Shown in pieces: positions 10,330-20,910 of a stretch of DNA of 32,000 bases (positions within the stretch are counted from its first letter, which is position 1; every line of letters begins with the position of its first letter). Location: the NCBI RefSeq assembly GCF_016127575.1, contig NZ_CP066019.1, positions 780,001 through 812,000 on the forward strand, given 5' to 3'. The position numbers were made by a program, and so were the translations under genes. The notes beneath the pieces were generated by a model that saw only the letters and a list, made by a program, of their open reading frames with translations, ran no database searches and was not told the origin of the DNA. The stretch is from Cupriavidus necator. Its GTDB lineage: Bacteria; Pseudomonadota; Gammaproteobacteria; Burkholderiales; Burkholderiaceae.

Positions 10330-10770
10330 TCAGCTGCGGCCCCGATATTTCAGGCTTGCGCAGTGGCCGACGAGCGCGGTGATGCAGCAGGCATCGCCGC
10401 GCCATTCGCCGCCGATGACGATGCCGTCCTGGCCGGTCACCAGCTTGCGCTGGCATTGGCCCGGTACCGGCGTGCGCTCCATGCCGGCATCGCGCGGGCC
10501 GCTGCCCGGGGGGCGCGCGGGCGCAATCGAATCGTTCCAGACATAGGCCGTGCCGGAGGGCAGGACCTGCACCGATTGCGGCGGACCCCACTGGCGCTTC
10601 GCCTCATCGACGGGGACGTTTTTCCAGGAATCGAAGACGTCCTGCATGGCGCTGGCCTCCAGGCCGGCGCAGGCACCGGTGATGGCAGCCGCCCACAAGA
10701 CGGCCAGGCTTGCACGCACGCTGACGGCGCCGCGGGCCGTTTCGGCCGGAAGGATTGGGTTGGCTGGCAT
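10330..10770 (-). CDS. hypothetical small exported protein (signal peptide, 5 Cys in mature part)
   Basis: 146-aa ORF with GGAG 6 nt before the ATG. Hand translation shows strongly G/C-biased third codon positions. The N-terminal hydrophobic segment VRASLAVLWAAAITGACAGLEA has an A-x-A or lipobox-like site. I recognise no family. Confidence 0.65.
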   Translation of the reverse strand: MPANPILPAETARGAVSVRASLAVLWAAAITGACAGLEASAMQDVFDSWKNVPVDEAKRQWGPPQSVQVLPSGTAYVWNDSIAPARPPGSGPRDAGMERTPVPGQCQRKLVTGQDGIVIGGEWRGDACCITALVGHCASLKYRGRS

Positions 10771-10883
10771 GTAGGCTCCGCATCGGCGCAGCCGGCTGCA
10801 AGGGCCGGCCTGTGCAGGCTAGCGGAGCCGCGTGCCTCGCTGCAAGCGTGCTCTGCGCGATGACGCACAGAGCGTGGCCGGCT

Positions 10884-12479
10884 TCAGTCGGAGACCAGGC
10901 CCAGGGGTTGCTGTGCGGCAGCCGGTGGCGCCTTGCGGGCAGTCTGTCCGGCCGGGATGCGTGCCGGGCGTGGCGCCCGGGCGGGGGCCTCGGGGGCGGT
11001 CAGCGTGAACGGCCTGTGCACGGACAGCGGCACCGCCTGCGGCATCCATTGCGCCAGCCGCGGCGCGAGGATCTGGTATGTATCGAGGTCGAAATGCGCT
11101 GGTGCTGCCGCCAACGCCTGCGCTTCTTCCAGCGTGGCTGCGCAGCCCAGGTAGCACCAGTCGTCGGCGACATGCCACCAGGTGCGTCCGTCGTGCTGCT
11201 CGCGCCAGGCAGCCGGGCCATCGAAGGGCCAGGGCATCAGCGCGATCGGCGCCAGCGCGGCGGCCAGCCGGGCGCGGTGCGCGCCCGACGGCTCGGCGCC
11301 GACGCAGGCACCGGCGCAGCGATGGACCTGGCGCGCAAAGCAGGGGCTGCCACGGCGGGTGGTTTTCTCCAGCGACAGCGTGGCCAGGCACAGGCCGTGT
11401 TCCTGCGCCAGCGCGCGCAAGCGAGCCTCGGCCGCGCCGCGGCTGCCGAACACGCCGAACAGGTCGCGATGCCGGCAGAAATCCGTATCTCGATCCGAGC
11501 GCAGGCGTGGCACCGGCAGCTGCTGCGGCAGTTCCCAGGCATAGAGCCGGGCATTGCGGCGCAGCAGCTGGTTGTGCACCGGCTGCATCGCCTTGACCAG
11601 CCGGGCTTCGAGCAGCAGCGCGCCGGTCTCGCCGCCGGTCTCGCGCCATTCCACACGGCGTACCAGCCGGGCCAGCCGCATATCCTTGCCGTACCGGTAG
11701 TCGCCGGAGAAGTGGGCGCCGATCCGTTGCCGCAGGTGCACGCTCTTGCCGATATAGAGTGGCACGTCCTGGTCGCCATAGAAGATATAGACACCGGGCG
11801 CCGCCGGCACGTCTTCCAGCGCGGTTTCGTCCAGGCCGGCCGGCAGGCTGGCCCGCCGCACCAGCGTGCGCACGGCCGATTCCACCAGGTCGACCGAATA
11901 CGTGGCATGGATCTTCTGCCAGAACTGCCACAGCAGCTCGGCATCGGCCAGGGCGCGGTGGCGGCCCTTGGGCGTCAGGCCGAAGCGCGCGATCAGCGCA
12001 TCCAGGCCGTGGCGTTCCACGGAGGGGAACAGCGAGCGCGACAGCCTTACCGTGCACAGCACGTCGGCCCGGAAGGTCACGCCGGCACGTCGGAAGGCGT
12101 TCTTCAGGAAGCCATAGTCGAAGCGCGCGTTGTGCGCCACGAACAAGCGGCCTTGCAGGCGTTCGGCAAGCGATTCCGCCAGTGACTCGAAGCTCGGCTG
12201 GCCGCGCACCATCTCTTCGGTAATGCCAGTCATGCGCTGGATGAACGGCGGGATCGACATGCCGGGGTCGAGCAGGGTGTCCCATTCAATGATGCCGTCC
12301 GGGCCGACTTCGACCACGCCGATCTCGGTAATGCGGTCGCGCTGGGCGTCCGCGCCGGTGGTCTCCAGGTCGACAAAGACAATAGGGCGCGACAGCGCCG
12401 CGGCGAGAGCTTGGGCGTCGAGCAGGCGCGCCCCGTCCGCTGGCAGGCGCGACGGCAGGTAGGTAGGCATGTCAGGCAT
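10884..12479 (-). CDS. DnaQ-like 3'-5' exonuclease fused to a GIY-YIG / UvrC-N-terminal (Cho-like) nuclease
   Basis: 531-aa ORF. The N-terminal DEDDh exonuclease motifs are IVFVDLETTG, FVAHNARFDYGFL and HRALADAELL. The central GIY-YIG region is GVYIFYGDQDVPLYIGKSVHLRQRIGAHF...ALLLEARLVKAMQPVHN. Next comes the UvrC-type Cys motif PCFARQVHRCAGACVG. The last ~150 aa have no motif I recognise. The start could also be the ATG at 12470. Confidence 0.85.
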   Translation of the reverse strand: MPDMPTYLPSRLPADGARLLDAQALAAALSRPIVFVDLETTGADAQRDRITEIGVVEVGPDGIIEWDTLLDPGMSIPPFIQRMTGITEEMVRGQPSFESLAESLAERLQGRLFVAHNARFDYGFLKNAFRRAGVTFRADVLCTVRLSRSLFPSVERHGLDALIARFGLTPKGRHRALADAELLWQFWQKIHATYSVDLVESAVRTLVRRASLPAGLDETALEDVPAAPGVYIFYGDQDVPLYIGKSVHLRQRIGAHFSGDYRYGKDMRLARLVRRVEWRETGGETGALLLEARLVKAMQPVHNQLLRRNARLYAWELPQQLPVPRLRSDRDTDFCRHRDLFGVFGSRGAAEARLRALAQEHGLCLATLSLEKTTRRGSPCFARQVHRCAGACVGAEPSGAHRARLAAALAPIALMPWPFDGPAAWREQHDGRTWWHVADDWCYLGCAATLEEAQALAAAPAHFDLDTYQILAPRLAQWMPQAVPLSVHRPFTLTAPEAPARAPRPARIPAGQTARKAPPAAAQQPLGLVSD

Positions 12480-12533
12480 TTGCCGATTCTAAGGCGGCGC
12501 TGATGGTGGCACGAAGAAGTTTTCAAAAACCCC

Positions 12534-12562
12534 TTGCCAACCCCGCTGCGGTCACTTAATAT
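12534..12562 (+). promoter_or_regulatory. rrn promoter P1 (sigma-70): -35 TTGCCA, 17-nt spacer, -10 TAATAT
   Basis: TTGCCA at 12534-12539 and TAATAT at 12557-12562. There is an A/T-rich UP-like stretch, AGTTTTCAAAAA, just upstream and a GC-rich discriminator, TCGCCCCC, downstream. Confidence 0.6.
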
Positions 12563-12688
12563 TCGCCCCCTCGCAACACACAACGCAGCGCTGCAAAGCA
12601 GACGCAGCAAGGGTTGCGGGGTCGACCGGGATGGTTGGCGCAGCGAAGTTTGCAGCGCTGACCGCAGCGAAAAAAGATGCTGAAACGG

Positions 12689-12717
12689 TTGACGAAACGA
12701 AGAAAGCTCTGCATAAT
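12689..12717 (+). promoter_or_regulatory. rrn promoter P2 (sigma-70): -35 TTGACG, 17-nt spacer, -10 CATAAT
   Basis: TTGACG at 12689-12694 and CATAAT at 12712-12717, with the A-rich stretch GCGAAAAAAGATGCTGAAA upstream. It lies about 155 bp downstream of P1, resembling the tandem rrn promoter layout. Confidence 0.65.
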
Positions 12718-12773
12718 CTCGTTTCTCTGCTGCAGACAACGCAGCGGCGCTGAACGGCAAAGCCGGCGGCGAA

Positions 12774-12785
12774 GTTCTTTAACAA
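12774..12785 (+). promoter_or_regulatory. boxA-like antitermination element in rrn leader
   Basis: GTTCTTTAACAA closely matches the enterobacterial rrn boxA TGCTCTTTAACAA. Confidence 0.6.
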
Positions 12786-12787
12786 TC

Positions 12788-12805
12788 AAACAACCGATAA
12801 GTGTG
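12788..12805 (+). other. 5' half of the 16S precursor processing stem
   Basis: AAACAACCGATAAGTGTG (12788-12805) is complementary to CACACTTATCGGTTTGTTTG (14530-14549) just 3' of the 16S, forming the classic RNase III stem that encloses it. The leader between them also holds UUCG/GAAA-capped hairpins (12825-12842, 12880-12907, 12931-12945). Confidence 0.7.
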
Positions 12806-12968
12806 GGCGCTGGGTAGCGGACGCCACTGTCTTCGGACAGTGTTGCTTCACAAGTTATACAGTGCTCGCACAGCAAAACGTGACTGGATCTTCGGATCTG
12901 GTCAGTCAGTTTTCTGAGAGTGAGCGACCGCTCGAAAGAGCGAGGACCCTCGGGTCCACACAGAGATT

Positions 12969-14503
<1,535 letters not shown>

Positions 14504-14562
14504 GAGGCTTGTGTCTCAAGCCTAGCGTTCACACTTATCGGTTTGTTTGCTGTTACAGCCAA

Positions 14563-14639
14563 GGGTCTGTAGCTCAGGTGGTTAGAGCACCGTCTTGATA
14601 AGGCGGGGGTCGTAGGTTCAAGTCCTACCAGACCCACCA
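14563..14639 (+). tRNA. tRNA-Ile (anticodon GAU) in the 16S-23S spacer
   Basis: GGGTCTGTAGCTCAGGTGGTTAGAGCACCGTCTTGATAAGGCGGGGGTCGTAGGTTCAAGTCCTACCAGACCCACCA. The acceptor stem is GGGTCTG/CAGACCC, the anticodon loop is CTTGATAAG, and CCA is encoded. Confidence 0.97.
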
Positions 14640-14651
14640 AGTTATCCGGAA

Positions 14652-14727
14652 GGGGGATTAGCTCAGCTGGGAGAGCACCTGCTTTGCAAGCAGGGGGTCG
14701 TCGGTTCGATCCCGTCATCCTCCACCA
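14652..14727 (+). tRNA. tRNA-Ala (anticodon UGC) in the 16S-23S spacer
   Basis: GGGGGATTAGCTCAGCTGGGAGAGCACCTGCTTTGCAAGCAGGGGGTCGTCGGTTCGATCCCGTCATCCTCCACCA. The G3:U70 wobble alanine identity pair is present and CCA is encoded. Confidence 0.97.
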
Positions 14728-14825
14728 CTGCCTGGTACCTTGGATTGGTTGTCAAATGAAAGCGCATCGCGACGATGAGTGGCGAGTGTTTCCATTTGGC
14801 ATTGCCAAGCGATCGCAAGATCGGC

Positions 14826-14838
14826 TGTTCTTTAAAAA
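14826..14838 (+). promoter_or_regulatory. second boxA-like element in the spacer upstream of 23S
   Basis: TGTTCTTTAAAAA resembles the leader boxA. Spacer boxA copies are usual in rrn operons. Confidence 0.5.
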
Positions 14839-15023
14839 TATGGGATGTAGTAAAGGTGTCGCGCGAGCGTTGATGAGACGCTGCAGTACAAGACGCGATA
14901 CCGGGTTGTGATTGTATCAACCAAAATGTATTTAAGTGATCGAAAGATGACTTGGAATACGGCACAAATGCGAGAACTCATCCTGTAGCGAGGTTTCGAG
15001 CAATCGAGACACACTCGTTATAG

Positions 15024-17997
<2,974 letters not shown>

Positions 17998-18108
17998 ATA
18001 ACCAGTGTGTTTTGCCTGGTGAGTCGATCGCCTTGTGCCAGATACGCACAACCCCAACTACATCCCTATTCGCAGCGTTGACCTCAACCTCAGCGCTGCA
18101 ACCCCTCA

Positions 18109-18224
18109 TGCCTGGTGACCATAGCGAGCTGGAACCACCCCTTCCCATCCCGAACAGGTCCGTGAAACAGCTCCGCGCCGATGATAGTGCGGATTCCCGT
18201 GTGAAAGTAGGTCATCGCCAGGCT
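18109..18224 (+). rRNA. rrf: 5S ribosomal RNA
   Basis: TGCCTGGTGACCATAGCGAGCTGGAACCACCCCTTCCCATCCCGAACAGG...GTGAAAGTAGGTCATCGCCAGGCT, with terminal helix GCCTGG/CCAGGC. Ends are +/- 2 nt. Confidence 0.93.
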
Positions 18225-18238
18225 CTTATTCCGCAGAA

Positions 18239-18267
18239 CCCCCAGCCCCAAAAGGCTGGGGGTTTTT
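18239..18267 (+). terminator. rho-independent terminator of the rrn operon
   Basis: CCCCCAGCC-CCAAAA-GGCTGGGGG followed by TTTTT, 15 nt after the 5S. Confidence 0.85.
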
Positions 18268-18301
18268 GCTTTGGCGCGGCGGAAAATCACGCCCGCGCCC
18301 C

Positions 18302-19450
18302 TCATGCCGTCATCCGCCGGTCCGCGACAGCCAGCGCAACGCCGGCCAGGCAGCAGCCTCCAACCAGCAATGCGGCTGGCACGGTGCCGTGCACTGCCAG
18401 TGAGCTGGCCGCAACCGGCATCAGCATCAGCACAGCCAGGTTGTTGATGCTTTCCGAGACGGCCAGAATCTGTCCCTTTGCTGCGCCGGCCCGCCGAGCC
18501 AGGATGGCGGTGCTAGATGGCGCCGCGATGCCGAGTGCCGCGCCCCACGCCAGCAGGCAGCCAAGCGACCCGGGCAACCCCAAGACGCCTGTTGTGAACA
18601 AGGTCAGGGCCACGGCGACAAGCGCGGTGGCCACTATCAAAACACTTTCCTCGCGCGCGAAGCACTGGCTGGCACGCCCTGCCAGCAGATTGCCAACGGC
18701 CAGGCCGAGGCCGAACACCGAAAGTGCCGCGCCGACGCCGGGCACGCCGAGCCCGTAACGCAGCCGCAGCACTTCCCCCGCTAGTACATAGGCCGCTACG
18801 GCGCTTCCATTCCAGGCGCCTTTCGCGATCAATGGAAGCAGGATGCCTGAAGATGCTGGGATGTTCCTGGATTTTTCCTGGCAGTCGCCGCTACGCGGCA
18901 GATTGCGCGGAAGTACGTGGCAGCCGGCAAGAAGGGCCGCCAGGCAACCACCTGCGGTGACAAGGAAGGGAGCGCGCCAGCCGAATCCATCGGCCAGTAC
19001 CCCGGCCACTGCCGGGCCTGCGGCAATGCCGGCGGTCATGCCTAGCATGACGCCGCCCATGGCGCCAGCCTGCCGCGCCGGGGGAACCAGATCTGCAATC
19101 AATGCGAAGACGGTGGGAATCGTGGCCGCGGCGGCGAGCCCGCCGAGGATACGCAATGCCATGGCGGCATGCAGCGTAGGGACGAGCGTGAGGGCGATGC
19201 CATCGAGTGCGAACAACAGCAATGCAGCCAGCAGCACGCGGCGCCGTCCGGCACGATCGGAGAACCAGCCCATCAACGGCGCGGCCAAGGCATAGGAAAG
19301 GGCATAGGCAGAAATGAGTCCCGATGCGCGCGCCGGGGTGGTGGCAAAAGCGTCTGCAAGCGGCGCCAGCATCGGTGACAACATGAATTCAGCAGCGCCG
19401 ACCATGCACACGGCGAGGGCAAGCACGGGCAGCAGGCAAGGAGATGGCAT
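18302..19450 (-). CDS. MFS transporter
   Basis: Internal ATG (CAT 19448-19450) of track ORF 18302..19534, preceded by AGGAGG. The 382-aa protein is very hydrophobic and carries the MFS loop motif GWFSDRAGRRRVLL between TM2 and TM3. Substrate unknown. Confidence 0.85.
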   Translation of the reverse strand: MPSPCLLPVLALAVCMVGAAEFMLSPMLAPLADAFATTPARASGLISAYALSYALAAPLMGWFSDRAGRRRVLLAALLLFALDGIALTLVPTLHAAMALRILGGLAAAATIPTVFALIADLVPPARQAGAMGGVMLGMTAGIAAGPAVAGVLADGFGWRAPFLVTAGGCLAALLAGCHVLPRNLPRSGDCQEKSRNIPASSGILLPLIAKGAWNGSAVAAYVLAGEVLRLRYGLGVPGVGAALSVFGLGLAVGNLLAGRASQCFAREESVLIVATALVAVALTLFTTGVLGLPGSLGCLLAWGAALGIAAPSSTAILARRAGAAKGQILAVSESINNLAVLMLMPVAASSLAVHGTVPAALLVGGCCLAGVALAVADRRMTA

Positions 19451-19691
19451 AGGGTAGCCTCCTCGGGCTTCAACATTGATGGGACGTGGCGATACCGGCC
19501 AAGACGTGCGAAACGCGACGTAACAAGGGCGCATCGCCGCCTAACAGTGGGTAAATCCGGAAAATGAATGCGCCGCTGAGTCGGGCAAGATGGGGATGGT
19601 GCGAGCCGGCACCGGGTACTGCGAGAAGGGGCGATTCAGAAAGATCGCCGGGAAGTCAGGGATGATTCTATCGTATTGCCAGCAATCAGGG

Positions 19692-19717
19692 GCCACCGGT
19701 GCCCAGGCACCGGTGGC
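19692..19717. terminator. strong GC hairpin just downstream of the Bug gene stop (possible U-tract-less terminator)
   Basis: GCCACCGGTGC-CCAG-GCACCGGTGGC, a perfect 11-bp stem, 12 nt beyond the stop at 19729. Confidence 0.35.
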
Positions 19718-19728
19718 ATGGCGGAAAG

Positions 19729-20736
19729 TTAGTCGGCCTCGATCTGCATCGACTTCAGCAGCGGCTGCCACTTGTCGCTCTCAGCCTTGAGCAGTGTGCG
19801 CAGGCCTTCCGGCGTCTGCTTGTCGACCGGCACGATTTCCGCACCCAGGCCATCGAGTTTCTTGATCACCACGGGATCTTGCAGCCCCTTCTGCAGCGCC
19901 TTGGTCAGCCGCGCCACTGCAGCGGGCGGCGTGCCCTTGGGCGCGTAGATGCCGTGCCAGACCTTGACGTCAAAGCCCTTGAGACCGCCTTCCTGCAGCG
20001 TTGGCGCACTGGGCAGCGCCTTGATCCGCGCCGGCGTGGTCACGCCGAACAGGCGCACGCGGTCGGCCTGGATATGGGGCAGCGTGGCCGTGGTCTGGTC
20101 GCACAGCAGGTCGACCTGGCCGCCCAGCAGTGCGGTCAGCGCGGGGCCGGCGCCCTGGTAAGGAATTGCATTGAGCTTGACGTGGACCGATTGCTCGAAC
20201 AGCACGCCGCATAGTTGCGATACGGCGCCCAGCCCGGCATTGGCCAGCGACACCTTGTCCTTGTTCTGCGTCACGTAGCGGATCAGTTCCGGCACGGTCT
20301 TGGCCGGCAGGTCCTTGCGGCCCATCAGGGTCATCGGCACGTCCGCGACCTGGCCGACATACTCGAAATCCTTCAGCGGCGCGTACGACAGCTTCTTGTA
20401 CAGTGCCGGCGCGGTCGCCATGCCATTATGGTGGATCAGCAGCGTATAGCCGTCCGCCTGTGCGCGGGCGACAAAGGCGGCAGCCACGGTGCCGCCGGCG
20501 CCGGTGCGGTTTTCCACCACCACGCTCTGACCGAGATCCTGCGACATCGCCTGCGCCAGCGTGCGTGCCACGACGTCGGTCGGGCCGCCGGCGGAGTAGG
20601 GGACGACCAGCGTGATCGGCTTGCCGGGGTAGGCGTCAGCCGCTGCCGCGGCGCTTGTGCCAGCCAGCGCCGAGGCCATCACCATCACGCCCGCCAGCCA
20701 TCGTGGCCCGGCGCGCAAATCCTTCGCATCCTTCAT
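19729..20736 (-). CDS. Bug family (TctC-like) substrate-binding protein
   Basis: Internal ATG (CAT 20734-20736) with GGAGA upstream gives MKDAKDLRAGPRWLAGVMVMASALAGTSAAAAADAYPGKPITLVVPYSAGGPTDVVARTLA..., a signal peptide followed by Bug motifs. The track ORF extends to 20826. Confidence 0.88.
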   Translation of the reverse strand: MKDAKDLRAGPRWLAGVMVMASALAGTSAAAAADAYPGKPITLVVPYSAGGPTDVVARTLAQAMSQDLGQSVVVENRTGAGGTVAAAFVARAQADGYTLLIHHNGMATAPALYKKLSYAPLKDFEYVGQVADVPMTLMGRKDLPAKTVPELIRYVTQNKDKVSLANAGLGAVSQLCGVLFEQSVHVKLNAIPYQGAGPALTALLGGQVDLLCDQTTATLPHIQADRVRLFGVTTPARIKALPSAPTLQEGGLKGFDVKVWHGIYAPKGTPPAAVARLTKALQKGLQDPVVIKKLDGLGAEIVPVDKQTPEGLRTLLKAESDKWQPLLKSMQIEAD

Positions 20737-20910
20737 TGCTGTCTCCAGATTGGTGCCGCGCCGTGAGTCCGGGGCGGCTTGTCGGGGTTGCGCGGCTAGC
20801 ATGGGGGTATGCCGCCGCGACCGCAATCTGGTTCTCGTGAAGGGTGCCTAATCCGTGATGGAAGATCAGGCCGGCTGGCTGGTAGCCCGGTTGCCTCGGC
20901 ACTGCACTGG

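Noticed and set aside
10755-12285. 476-aa plus-strand and 488-aa minus-strand ORFs overlapping the exonuclease/GIY-YIG gene
   Set aside because: Only the 10884..12479 frame yields DEDDh, GIY-YIG and UvrC-Cys motifs. The alternatives are Arg/Pro/Ala-rich shadows.
14563-14727. tRNA genes as possible genomic-island integration sites
   Set aside because: They are the standard Ile/Ala spacer tRNAs of an rrn operon. No integrase, direct repeat of a tRNA 3' end, or foreign-looking DNA follows.
20737-20910. A sigma-54 or other specific promoter, or a terminator, between nasA and the downstream Bug gene
   Set aside because: GGCAC-like strings are present, but none has a correctly spaced TTGC. I found no convincing hairpin plus U-tract, so no call was made.
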